Made by a program: the position numbers and the translations under genes
Source: a virus
Strand: one strand, 5' to 3'
IMG/VR virus record: IMGVR_UViG_3300034022_000278
Location: 24,043 to 88,042 of that record
Length of the DNA: 64,000 bases
The notes under the pieces: generated by a model
Told to the model about the DNA's origin: nothing
Seen by the model: only the letters and a program-made list of their open reading frames with translations
Database searches by the model: none
Shown here: positions 55,005 through 64,000 of the stretch, piece by piece
Layout: each line of letters starts with the position of its first letter
Position numbering within the stretch: position 1 is the stretch's first letter

Positions 55005-58000
55005 TAGAATATTTGGTAATCAAAGTAAGACAATAGACGATTCATTATAAGTTGCTTATTAACAGTATTATCAAAGTATAAAGTTACAATAAAATGTGTA
55101 CTTCTCAAACGTCCATGTTGATTAGTTGTATTTATATCTCTAGGAATTTTAACTCTCCACTTATCAAACTTACGTTTAATTCTATTTGCAGAGAATAATA
55201 CCTTGCCTGTATCCTGTGTTTGTGTCTTTATTCTAAATGCTGTAATAGTAACATCTCTATCTATTACTTTAGCATCATCTCTAACAATAGAATTAAATTC
55301 TAATGTTCTTAATATCTTGTTGATATCTGCTTGAGGATTAATTACTAATGTAATAGAAGCTTCTTCTACATTACCATAAAATTCTCCGTAGTTTCCTATA
55401 TTGTGAGTATACACAACATTGTTAGCATCTGGACTAGGACTTAATAAAATATCACTATTATCTATCCATATTTTAGGTGTAGCAGAGTACATAGAAGAAA
55501 ACTTCTGTGCTATCTCATCATACACTATAGATACATTCTTAGGAGTATATGTAACAGAGTTTGCTAAAGCAATTCCTATATTTGTAAGCTTATTAGAACC
55601 TGTAGTAAATTGAGTAGTTACTTGTACGTATCCATAAGCTATTCCTAAATAAACAATATCTCCTATATAATAAGTAGTATTAGTTAATAGGGATAAATAA
55701 AGTCCGCTCTCTAAAAAAGTAAATATAACTTCATCATTGATAGGGTCTTTTCCGATAGTAATCCCTTTGCCTAATATAGGATTATCTCCTTCGTCTTCTT
55801 TACGTAAAAATATTGTATCAGGCAATTGTTGAAATAGGGAGTGTAAACCTGTTGCTTCGGATAACATTGTTAATTGTCCACCACCAACACCTACTAATAG
55901 TTTTCTTCGGATAGCATCAAATATGTAAATACCTAAATTAGTAGTTTTAATTCCCCATTGGTGGATAGAACCATTTTCTTTAGAAAAATATTGATGTTTA
56001 CCAAAACCTAATCCTGTACCCAATTGAGTAGGTACTCCATCATTTGTAGTAGTTATAGCAGCCCTATTAATAGCGTAGATTCCTATTCCTCTATCTTGTA
56101 TAAAGTGTACGGTATCTTTCCAGTTAATTATTTTATTAATAGGACCATAGTCATCTATGTCATAATAATTATTAGCACCAAACTTTGTCCAAGAATCTAC
56201 TACTTCTCCATTTATTTTAACATTAGATAAATAAGCTCTAACATCATTTACTTTTACGTTGCAGTTATTTCCTCCAATAGGTTCCACAAAGAAAGTTACA
56301 TCATAATTGTCTCTAGAATATACTCCATTATAAGCATACATAAATAAATTAGTTTTGCCGTAAGTAGTATAACTGTTATTAGTTTCTTGTCTAAAATAAG
56401 TTTCTTGTAAACCTGCTTGAGTATATTTAACTTCTGTTCTTAAAGTGGATCCTGCGGCTAATTCTAAATTTAATTGAGTCTCTACTGGATATGCTTCTGT
56501 GTGAGTATTATTTTGATGATATTTACTGTCCTTATAAAAATTAGTATTAAATTCCATTGTTTTTATTTGCACTGTGAACATACTTACAAAAATATCTCCA
56601 CCAAAAACTTTTGGATTAAGATTTGTTTTAGCTATTACAGGAGAAGCGCCTATAAAGATATTAGTTTCTAATGCTGTTTGACTAAATCCTCCGTATACTT
56701 CACTTTTAGGTAAAAGATAATCTACTATAGGTTTAAATGTTGCTGAACTTCCTATTAAAGAAGAACTTGTTATAAGGTCTTTAACATATAAATAATTTAT
56801 ATATGGAGATTTAAAATAATCGTAAGCAGATGAAGTAACTAGGGGAGTACCCCCTAAAGGATCTTGAGTTATTTTAGCAATTCTGCCTATAATACTTGTA
56901 CCTGCCCTATTAAATTCAGGTGTGTCTGTATTAGTAGCTCCTTGTGGTTTATTTAAATTAGTAGACGGTTTGTCATACTCATCGATTGCGTAGTAATTAC
57001 GCATGGCATATCCTCCGTATGCAGAAGTAACTCTGTCCTCATAACTGGAAGTATCAGGCATTTGCATATAAGTTAAATCTGCAAATCTTTTAATATTTTC
57101 TATGCTATTATAACTAACAGGATACGATCCTTTATGAGTAGTTCTTTTATCGTAACATATTTGTCCTAAATTTTGAGCACTAAAATCTTTTGGTGAATTT
57201 GTAGCTTGTGAAGTATTACCAAAAGCGTATGCCCCAGTAATTAACATACAAGGAGAATTACTTAAACTTGCCATTGCAATACTAGCATTCCCAGTTTTAA
57301 AAGATAATTCGGGGGAATAAAATCCTAAATGTTGTCCTTTAATTAAATAATCATCAAATTTTGGTATGTATGGAGATGGATCGTTTTCTTGATCCTCTAA
57401 TGTAGCAAAAGTCGCATTATCTACAATAGTAGCAGGTCCTGCAGGTGTTGGGTAGTAAGGATATAAATGCAAAGCATTACTGCTGCCATTTATTTGTAGA
57501 TTAAAATCTACAGCATCACTTCCTAAAACATTAGCAAAGTAAAATCCTTTTACTAAACCTTGAGAATATCTGCGTTTGTCTGCATCCTCTCTTTGTACTC
57601 TTACTATTTGATAACTTTCAATTTGAGATTCTAATAGAGGACAACTAGAAAAATCTATATTAAATTCTATTCCTAAAGAATATCCTATAGTTGTTATAGG
57701 GACAGTAATATTTGCTATAGTACAAGTAGGCCAATACTTAATACCTGTTCCAGGAATAGTTTCTGTACCATTTTCTTCTGAAATATCTGGAAACTTGATA
57801 TCGCCAATGAAATTTACAAAAGTAGCTTCACCTTTTTTAGTATATAATACTAAACCAAAACGATATGTTTCTCCTCGTTTATATCCACGCATTAATCCTG
57901 ATAAAAACGGAGAGGCAAAATTAGAATAAGTAGTATTCTCGTAAGTGCCGTAACCATCATTAAAATTATGAGTTAGGACATAGTCAGGATTATTAGAAAC

Positions 58001-59392
58001 AGTAGGTATTCCATCACTTACTCCTGAATCTAAAGTAAAAGGTTCTAAATGAAAGTTATAGGAAATATTTGGGCCTACTCCACCTAGAGTAGTTCCATCT
58101 GCTTGATATTTAAATTGTTTAGCAGTTTGCCATTCTGTATCCCAATGTGCATCCGAGTTAAATCCTATTAAAGGTTTAGTGCTATATGCAGGAGCAACCG
58201 TAGTATTAAAAGCATTTTTAGTTTTAGCTTCATCTATTTGTGCGGGACTTCCTGTTAATGGATGCGGCAAAGTTACTCCATTACTTAAAAATCTATTAGT
58301 TCTAGAATCAAAGCTTTCATTTGGGCCTAATAAACTTGCTATAGATATAGTTGAGCTCTTAATGTTTGCAATTACTAAAGAACTATCTTTAGGAGTAATT
58401 GTTTTAGGAGTTTTAAATGGATTATTCTTTGCTGTAAATGTTAATAATTCTATAGGCACAATAGTACCCTCGTTGCCTGTGTATACAAATGTAATAGAAG
58501 ACTGGCCATTAATACTTATTTTTTCTACACTATTTACTACAGGAGTAGATACACTTGAAGAATGGTATACAACAATAAATTCTATTTCATTAAATTGAGA
58601 ATAATTACTTGTATCAACATTAAAAGATAATGCTTTTCCTGTGTCTATACTGCCAGATAAATCTCCATTATACTCTGCAGATTGTGTAGTCTCAGAATCT
58701 GAAACAACGTGCACTAAATTACTTGGAGGAGAAACTAAAGTCTCTTTGCCGTCTACGGTAATTAATCTATAAGCAACTTGATATTCTCCTGCATAAACTC
58801 CTATGCCTCCACCTGCAATTACTTTTAGTAACGGTTGTGTATAAGTAATATCTGGAAATATATCTAATTGGCTCGCTGAAAAAGTATTTAGTGACGGTTC
58901 CTCTATATTAATACTTCTAAAATAATTATTGTAATCTGTCCAATATACTTTTTGAATACATTGAGATTCGTATAAACCCAATGCTTCAATAGGCCATTTC
59001 TTACTAAAATTTAAAATAGGACTATAATATTTTAATAGGGGAAATCCAGGAAGCATTTCTCTAGTTGCGGTATTATAATCTACAACATAAATCCATCCGT
59101 TGGCTTCACTATCATCTGCTACAAATATTACTATTCTATTTCTTATAATAGTATATCCAATTATTTCTGGGATACCTATAGCTACCCAAGGGCCAAAAGG
59201 TTGTCCCGCTGTATACGCAGAAGGAATAGTAAAAGATTCTACATTCCCTTTGATATTCGTAAATGCTCCCATTGATTCACCATTAGTAGTAGTGATTCTA
59301 ATATCTTGCGCATCTATATATAAAGTTGCATCTATGCTATCATAGGCAATATCTTTATTTAATCCTTGGTATGTATTTAAATGTCTTTCCAT
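55004..59392 (-). CDS. Tail stabilisation/muzzle protein (P22 gp10-like)
   Basis: 1462 aa; GLNKD, VYWTDYNN, GYKRGETYRFG, GGDIF, YGPI, C-terminal RLRS; beta-rich. Confidence 0.75.
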   Translation of the reverse strand: MERHLNTYQGLNKDIAYDSIDATLYIDAQDIRITTTNGESMGAFTNIKGNVESFTIPSAYTAGQPFGPWVAIGIPEIIGYTIIRNRIVIFVADDSEANGWIYVVDYNTATREMLPGFPLLKYYSPILNFSKKWPIEALGLYESQCIQKVYWTDYNNYFRSINIEEPSLNTFSASQLDIFPDITYTQPLLKVIAGGGIGVYAGEYQVAYRLITVDGKETLVSPPSNLVHVVSDSETTQSAEYNGDLSGSIDTGKALSFNVDTSNYSQFNEIEFIVVYHSSSVSTPVVNSVEKISINGQSSITFVYTGNEGTIVPIELLTFTAKNNPFKTPKTITPKDSSLVIANIKSSTISIASLLGPNESFDSRTNRFLSNGVTLPHPLTGSPAQIDEAKTKNAFNTTVAPAYSTKPLIGFNSDAHWDTEWQTAKQFKYQADGTTLGGVGPNISYNFHLEPFTLDSGVSDGIPTVSNNPDYVLTHNFNDGYGTYENTTYSNFASPFLSGLMRGYKRGETYRFGLVLYTKKGEATFVNFIGDIKFPDISEENGTETIPGTGIKYWPTCTIANITVPITTIGYSLGIEFNIDFSSCPLLESQIESYQIVRVQREDADKRRYSQGLVKGFYFANVLGSDAVDFNLQINGSSNALHLYPYYPTPAGPATIVDNATFATLEDQENDPSPYIPKFDDYLIKGQHLGFYSPELSFKTGNASIAMASLSNSPCMLITGAYAFGNTSQATNSPKDFSAQNLGQICYDKRTTHKGSYPVSYNSIENIKRFADLTYMQMPDTSSYEDRVTSAYGGYAMRNYYAIDEYDKPSTNLNKPQGATNTDTPEFNRAGTSIIGRIAKITQDPLGGTPLVTSSAYDYFKSPYINYLYVKDLITSSSLIGSSATFKPIVDYLLPKSEVYGGFSQTALETNIFIGASPVIAKTNLNPKVFGGDIFVSMFTVQIKTMEFNTNFYKDSKYHQNNTHTEAYPVETQLNLELAAGSTLRTEVKYTQAGLQETYFRQETNNSYTTYGKTNLFMYAYNGVYSRDNYDVTFFVEPIGGNNCNVKVNDVRAYLSNVKINGEVVDSWTKFGANNYYDIDDYGPINKIINWKDTVHFIQDRGIGIYAINRAAITTTNDGVPTQLGTGLGFGKHQYFSKENGSIHQWGIKTTNLGIYIFDAIRRKLLVGVGGGQLTMLSEATGLHSLFQQLPDTIFLRKEDEGDNPILGKGITIGKDPINDEVIFTFLESGLYLSLLTNTTYYIGDIVYLGIAYGYVQVTTQFTTGSNKLTNIGIALANSVTYTPKNVSIVYDEIAQKFSSMYSATPKIWIDNSDILLSPSPDANNVVYTHNIGNYGEFYGNVEEASITLVINPQADINKILRTLEFNSIVRDDAKVIDRDVTITAFRIKTQTQDTGKVLFSANRIKRKFDKWRVKIPRDINTTNQHGRLRSTHFIVTLYFDNTVNKQLIMNRLLSYFDYQIF

Positions 59393-60216
59393 TATGTAGT
59401 AGCAGGATTAGATCCTTGTGCATTTTGGGTTAATACATTAATAGTTGATACTAAACCTGTACCAGCTTTCGGTCTGAATTTTCTTTGTTCTGGCAATTGC
59501 ATATTAGCAAAGAAAGAAGCATGTGCCTGTAAATCAGGTATAGTTCTGATTACACTGTTCTTAACGCTTTCTGCCTCATCTACACCGTTCCATTGTTTAG
59601 CATGATTTACTGCTTGGGCAAAATACCATTCTTTATCTCGCTCGATAATCTGAAACTTATCTCCAGATAATTCGTTGCGTAACCAAAGTTTTCTTGCTAT
59701 TTTATGAGCAATATAATGTGCTCCTGCTTCCATCCATTGTTGTTCTGCAGGAATAGTAGGATAGCCGCAATCGTCTGTAGGTATAGCCGAATAGCTCATC
59801 GCCATAATACCTTTATCAAAAGATGGGAAAATGTATCCTTGACCTACAGTGTAAGTTTCTCTACCTTCGGTAGTATAATCTCTGGTATCTTTGTGATATC
59901 TTTTGTGGAAGTAATCTGTTTTCCAACGCATTGGGTACATTCTACCGTGCCCGCATTCAGCTTCTTCTATTGTTGTTATTCCTTCCATGTGAGCTACTTG
60001 GCCTATTTTATATAAGTCAAATGGCAAGTCTGCTCTACCATCACAAGATTCAACATAAGCAATCTTTTCCTCCATAGTCACGCCCACGTTAGTGTGTGCC
60101 ATAAATTCTGCTAACCATTCTACTCCTTCTTCTTCGTGGATATCATAGTTAAAGCCGAAATCCCTGATGCATTTATCAAGGATTGCTTTATAAGAAACTG
60201 TTTTTCCTGCGTACAT
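59392..60216 (-). CDS. Tail ring/tubular protein
   Basis: 274 aa; ADLPFD, SYSAIPTDDCGYPTIP; directly upstream of muzzle gene. Confidence 0.65.
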   Translation of the reverse strand: MYAGKTVSYKAILDKCIRDFGFNYDIHEEEGVEWLAEFMAHTNVGVTMEEKIAYVESCDGRADLPFDLYKIGQVAHMEGITTIEEAECGHGRMYPMRWKTDYFHKRYHKDTRDYTTEGRETYTVGQGYIFPSFDKGIMAMSYSAIPTDDCGYPTIPAEQQWMEAGAHYIAHKIARKLWLRNELSGDKFQIIERDKEWYFAQAVNHAKQWNGVDEAESVKNSVIRTIPDLQAHASFFANMQLPEQRKFRPKAGTGLVSTINVLTQNAQGSNPATT

Positions 60217-60491
60217 TATACTATACCTTTAAGTATGCTTTCTAGTCTACTTGCGATTCCTTCAGATGAAGTATCTTTAGTAGGATCTTCTACGCTTACT
60301 GATTTTTCATCTTTATATTCCCACTCTCCGTTTACTTTTTTACGAGTACAAACGGTTGTAATAAATCCACCTTCAACTTCTTCAACGCGTGTTTCTTCGT
60401 AACTTCCGTCTTCAAATTCTTTTCTAGTAGTCTTTACTACAGTCTCCACACTTTTAGAGGAGCCTTCGTTTTCCATTGTTTCGTTATCCAT
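60216..60491 (-). CDS. Hypothetical acidic protein
   Basis: 91-aa ORF, stop/start overlaps on both sides. Confidence 0.7.
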   Translation of the reverse strand: MDNETMENEGSSKSVETVVKTTRKEFEDGSYEETRVEEVEGGFITTVCTRKKVNGEWEYKDEKSVSVEDPTKDTSSEGIASRLESILKGIV

Positions 60492-61026
60492 AATAAAATA
60501 CTTTACGATTTGGTTCTTTAACTATTTTAGCAATTAATCTAGAATATTGTCTTGATGCTTTAAATACATAAAAACTTTTATACTTTAAATTAATTGTTGC
60601 TTTATCCCAGTAATGCTCATAAAACTCTTGGTTAGAATGCTCATTCTCGTGATAAATAACTTTCTTATCTTTTATTTCTACAATTTCGTCTCTTGTTAAT
60701 CCTGGGTATTTACTTTGCCAGAATTCCCAAGTAGCTTTCCAATTAGGTTTTAGGCTTTTGGATTTCTCCCCATTAGCTTTAAAAAAATTCAAATGACTAC
60801 TCTTTATTCTTAACTTTCCTACTTTAGTAATCTTTAACTCTAGATTGTTATCAACTATAGCTGTACTAAAGGTATTTAGTAAATCCTTAATAAACGCATT
60901 ATATTTATCTTTAGGCAATAGGGATTCTCTAGCATTGCTTTTATAATAAGAAAAGAAATCATCCTTCTTAATATTGCCAGCAATTTTCCCTTTGCCTCTT
61001 TTTAAATATATGTTGGCCATTTCCAT
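60484..61026 (-). CDS. IHF/HU-like DNA-binding protein
   Basis: ELKITKVGKLRIK and FKASR pattern; PNWKAT insert typical of crAss-like IHF homologues. Confidence 0.65.
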   Translation of the reverse strand: MEMANIYLKRGKGKIAGNIKKDDFFSYYKSNARESLLPKDKYNAFIKDLLNTFSTAIVDNNLELKITKVGKLRIKSSHLNFFKANGEKSKSLKPNWKATWEFWQSKYPGLTRDEIVEIKDKKVIYHENEHSNQEFYEHYWDKATINLKYKSFYVFKASRQYSRLIAKIVKEPNRKVFYYG

Positions 61027-61733
61027 TACTTAGCAGGTTGAGGAGAAACATCTATTCTTGCATCTTGCGCATTGTTAGCATCATCGTATGGTGCTGCACC
61101 CTTCTGTAATAATTGTTGTAATATCTGTGGCTTAATATATGCCCACATCCACTGATTAATTGGATAAGGGTCTGCTGGAGTCCAGCAAGTTTGCTTAGTA
61201 GAGCAATTGATAAATTCTCCTAAAGAAGTAGGGTCTTCAAATATTCCTCTAATGGTAATATATTTCATCATTAGATGGCTACTACTCTTAGACGTAATGT
61301 ACATGTACCCTCCGTATAAGAAAGCATAAACAGCATTTTGATTAGTTCTACCGCTGCCTACGTAAGGCACTCTAGAATAATCTACTAATAAAGCTCTCGG
61401 CTTCATTATGTCGGGAGAACCTACAGAAACAATTCCTTTAGTAAAGAAAAACTCTATTGTATTTGGAATCTTTAATTTAGTTCTTAAAACTTTGCAACCT
61501 GTAGGCACTGCAACGCAGCATTGTATAGGGTCTACTAATTCTAGTTCGATGCAATTTAGATCCTGTATTACATATGGATCAATGCTTCTGTTTTTATTGT
61601 ACTCATTGCGTAACCACAATGACCTTTGCTCATTAATTAAATCTGTATAAAATTCATACGAAAAGGATGACTCTACGGAGTTAATCGCAAGTGATTCATC
61701 TATCTGAGCCTGTAAATCTTGTAATGATAACAT
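61026..61733 (-). CDS. Tail ring protein
   Basis: 235 aa; QDLNCIEL...IRGIFEDP...YPI; position in structural block. Confidence 0.6.
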   Translation of the reverse strand: MLSLQDLQAQIDESLAINSVESSFSYEFYTDLINEQRSLWLRNEYNKNRSIDPYVIQDLNCIELELVDPIQCCVAVPTGCKVLRTKLKIPNTIEFFFTKGIVSVGSPDIMKPRALLVDYSRVPYVGSGRTNQNAVYAFLYGGYMYITSKSSSHLMMKYITIRGIFEDPTSLGEFINCSTKQTCWTPADPYPINQWMWAYIKPQILQQLLQKGAAPYDDANNAQDARIDVSPQPAK

Positions 61734-61738
61734 AATAG

Positions 61739-61746
61739 CAAATATA
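61739..61746 (-). promoter_or_regulatory. Bacteroidota-type -7 promoter element TATATTTG
   Basis: TAnnTTTG 5 nt upstream of the ATG at 61733. Confidence 0.6.
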
Positions 61747-61762
61747 CGATTAATTTTTTAAA

Positions 61763-61903
61763 TTATCTTCCTTGGCCTACGTTAGCTTTTTTGTAGTTAC
61801 GTGAGCTCTTTAATTTAGAACTTTTAGATTTAGCATGTACACCTGGTCTGTAAACTTTAGTAGTAGTTTCTCTACCTGTAGCACTGTCTTTAATCTTAGC
61901 CAT
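61763..61903 (-). CDS. Small basic protein
   Basis: 46-aa ORF MAKIKDS...RPGVHAKSKSSKLKSSRNYKKANVGQGR read by hand. Confidence 0.7.
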   Translation of the reverse strand: MAKIKDSATGRETTTKVYRPGVHAKSKSSKLKSSRNYKKANVGQGR

Positions 61904-61905
61904 AA

Positions 61906-62064
61906 TTATCTATTTTTAATAGTTATGTTTAATATTGTCAACATATAGAATTCTCTTGAGACATCTATCTCTACAGTAAATATATCAAAATATCCTATTC
62001 GTAATCTTAAAGACAATTTGTCCCATTGTCTTCTGCTGCTTTTCCAATTGTTTCTAATCTTCAT
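61906..62064 (-). CDS. Small hypothetical protein
   Basis: 52-aa ORF MKIRNNWK...ITIKNR; ATGA overlap with endolysin stop. Confidence 0.65.
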   Translation of the reverse strand: MKIRNNWKSSRRQWDKLSLRLRIGYFDIFTVEIDVSREFYMLTILNITIKNR

Positions 62065-62630
62065 GGTCTAAATGTTTTTCTATAGTCCTCTAATCTATTC
62101 AACCATCCTTTAAGAAATTTAGAATTCTTAGTTCCAGGTCTTCCTATATATTTAAAGAATCTCTCTCTCTCTGCAAGTAATGCATCGAATAATACTTGTG
62201 CATTTATAAGATTAGCTGCTGCTATAGTTTTGTTTCCTAACGCTCCGTCTTTATCAATATCAACTCCACAGTTAATAATCGCTTGTTGTAAGGATGTTAC
62301 AGCTTGTTTCTTGCCTGATCCCCATGCCATTCCTGTCGTAAATATAGCAACATTTTGCGACAAAAATTCATCTGCTCTTACTGAGTTCCAGTATAAAGTT
62401 TTGAATACATTGAACCAATCTTCGTTAGACATGTTAAAGAATCTAGCATCTTTATCTTTACCGTAGAATTCTTTCCAGACAGCATAAGTTATTCCAATGT
62501 TAGTATGGTATCCGCTAATGCCTTTGAAAGGCGTAGGACAAGGAAACTTAGACGCTGAGTCAGCTTTATCTCTAGAGAGTCCACCTTCCCATTTCTTAGT
62601 AAACGTAATATACTTATCTATCAATTCCAT
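62061..62630 (-). CDS. Endolysin, glycoside hydrolase family 108 with PG-binding C-terminus
   Basis: KWEGG, TNIGIT, DGALGNKT, KFLKGWLNR. Confidence 0.9.
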   Translation of the reverse strand: MELIDKYITFTKKWEGGLSRDKADSASKFPCPTPFKGISGYHTNIGITYAVWKEFYGKDKDARFFNMSNEDWFNVFKTLYWNSVRADEFLSQNVAIFTTGMAWGSGKKQAVTSLQQAIINCGVDIDKDGALGNKTIAAANLINAQVLFDALLAERERFFKYIGRPGTKNSKFLKGWLNRLEDYRKTFRP

Positions 62631-62633
62631 GTC

Positions 62634-63131
62634 TTAGTTTTTAATGTTTTTCCAAGTATCGGATACTTTAGTTATTGTTGTTCTAATCTTTCTAACAATA
62701 CTAAATGTACTTTTTAAAATGTTATTACCACTAATATCGAACCAATTTTCATTGATACTAGACAATTCCATTAAAGCAAATATACACAATAACATATTAG
62801 TAAACAAAGCTGGTGTAGGTATTACAAAAGAATAACCCAATGCGCTTAGTAGACTAGAACTAAATGGAGTTAATGCATAGAAGTCTAATGGAAATAAAGC
62901 TCCTGCAAGGATGTAGTATCCTGCTGCTTTAAATATATATCCTCGTCTAAGCATTTTAGATTTAAATACATCCCTGAATTTTTTATCTTCTACACACGCT
63001 ATCTTTTTTAAAGCTACTAACTTTACTATTGTATCTAGGAATATAATACTCATTAAAATAATTGTACAAAGCTCTATCGGAGCAAAAAATGAGAAGATTG
63101 ACAAGATTACTAAAGTTAAATTCGTTTTCAT
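62634..63131 (-). CDS. Holin
   Basis: Three hydrophobic segments, ELSSINEN motif, basic C-terminus; adjacent to endolysin. Confidence 0.75.
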   Translation of the reverse strand: MKTNLTLVILSIFSFFAPIELCTIILMSIIFLDTIVKLVALKKIACVEDKKFRDVFKSKMLRRGYIFKAAGYYILAGALFPLDFYALTPFSSSLLSALGYSFVIPTPALFTNMLLCIFALMELSSINENWFDISGNNILKSTFSIVRKIRTTITKVSDTWKNIKN

Positions 63132-63646
63132 TATATAAAAGATTTTGTCTTGATATATTTAATCAAGATTTTAGTTAGGATAATTATAATAAATATAACT
63201 CCCATTACTGATAAAAATGTTATCCACCACGGCAGTTGTTTATTTTCTTGCTTTGATATTACTTCTTCTTCTTTAGAATCTATTTTGTTATTCTTTATAG
63301 CAGCTTTTAGGGAATCAGAATACATCCTTGAGACTATCTTTAAAGAATCTTTGAATCTTCTATTATCAAACCTTGTCATCCATCTTGTTTCTACAGTAGC
63401 TTTAGGACAATTACAAGGTACATTTTTGACAACATATATAAGGGAGTCTTTTCCGTCAACTCCCTTAGTATGTATAGTGTCTATTTTTGGTACATAGATT
63501 GTATCACACGTAATAACTCCACCTTTAGTATAGAACTTATCTAAATGATATTTGGCATCGTAACAGCCAGATAACATGTATAGCATTACTATGCTAATTA
63601 AAGTAGCAAAGAATAAAGTTATTATATGTCTTACATCTATGTTCAT
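63131..63646 (-). CDS. Putative unimolecular spanin
   Basis: N-terminal lipobox LSGC plus C-terminal TM (WWITFLSVMGVIFIIIIL) and basic tail; in lysis cassette. Confidence 0.65.
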   Translation of the reverse strand: MNIDVRHIITLFFATLISIVMLYMLSGCYDAKYHLDKFYTKGGVITCDTIYVPKIDTIHTKGVDGKDSLIYVVKNVPCNCPKATVETRWMTRFDNRRFKDSLKIVSRMYSDSLKAAIKNNKIDSKEEEVISKQENKQLPWWITFLSVMGVIFIIIILTKILIKYIKTKSFI

Positions 63647-63903
63647 TAGTTAAAAGGCATTGGGTTCACAACTGGAACAAATAAGATCATCTCTAAGTCC
63701 TGCAACCAATTAAACTCTGGATAAATATTTTGCTCTATCTCCTCAATTGAGATGATCCAGTTCTGCGGCTCGTTACCATCCAAGATAGGATTAAAATAAC
63801 TATCCTCGTCAAACAATTGACCTACCAATAAGTCTTTTTGTTCTACTGTTAAAAGACCTACATAGATAGCCTTTTCTTCTTGTGTTAAATCTGCTATTTT
63901 CAT
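63646..63903 (-). CDS. Hypothetical protein (likely tail-associated)
   Basis: 85 aa, GLLTVEQKD...YFNPI...WIISIEE. Confidence 0.7.
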   Translation of the reverse strand: MKIADLTQEEKAIYVGLLTVEQKDLLVGQLFDEDSYFNPILDGNEPQNWIISIEEIEQNIYPEFNWLQDLEMILFVPVVNPMPFN

Positions 63904-63905
63904 AA

Positions 63906-64000
63906 TTATACGTTTCTTGAAAGTGTTGTTTGGAAAGTTTGTACTGCGGTGTAATAGTTAGCTGCTTCTGTGTCTGTAAGTCCGTCTCCAATAGATGAGA
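63906..64000 (-). CDS. 3' end of a gene entering the window (probable tail-fibre-like protein)
   Basis: Frame reads ...SSIGDGLTDTEAANYYTAVQTFQTTLSRNV*, stop 2 nt before next ATG. Confidence 0.7.
   Translation of the reverse strand, partial: SSIGDGLTDTEAANYYTAVQTFQTTLSRNV

Noticed and set aside
29079-63500. Numerous 60-140 aa + strand ORFs in the track inside the - strand structural genes (and - strand ORFs inside + strand genes)
   Set aside because: Antisense shadows of long genes with S/L/F-rich composition and no start context
63809-63991. 60-aa track ORF on the - strand
   Set aside because: Overlaps 63646-63903; an alternative frame gives a coherent C-terminus stopping at 63906
1-64000. 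Stop-codon reassignment (TAG or TGA), common in some crAss-like phages
   Set aside because: Long genes are intact under the standard code, and TAG (e.g. 28687, 9964) and TGA (e.g. 18512) sit at sensible gene ends
1-64000. CRISPR array, DGR/retron reverse transcriptase, integrase or IS element
   Set aside because: No regularly spaced repeats and no RT, recombinase or transposase motifs seen in any ORF

Overview
AT-rich ~64 kb segment of a crAss-like (Crassvirales-type, podovirus-like) phage genome. The host is probably a Bacteroidota/Flavobacteriia bacterium, inferred from TAnnTTTG promoters, A-rich non-SD ribosome-binding regions and gene content. The standard genetic code is used. The + strand (1-29043) holds a ~4.5 kb gene-poor leader packed with structured RNA candidates: a twister-like ribozyme, two copies of a kissing-loop RNA and a family of tRNA-like RNAs. 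It continues with ~25 small early ORFs and a replication module (family A DNA polymerase, SF2 helicase, DnaB, AAA_24 ATPase, primase, RusA-like and PD-(D/E)XK nucleases, a degenerate UDG). It also holds a metallopeptidase-VWA/MoxR pair that has been invaded twice by LAGLIDADG endonucleases: once via a group I intron splitting the HExxH motif, and once via a free-standing antisense endonuclease that displaced the original 5' end of the gene and supplied a new one. After a bidirectional terminator (~29060), the - strand carries three giant virion/ejection proteins, two of which form a split virion RNA polymerase with a ferritin gene between the halves and cassette-like cargo domains. Further cargo, muzzle and ring proteins follow, then a lysis cassette (GH108 endolysin, holin, unimolecular spanin). 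No terminase, portal or capsid gene is recognisable in the window. All calls come from motif recognition by eye; no searches were run.
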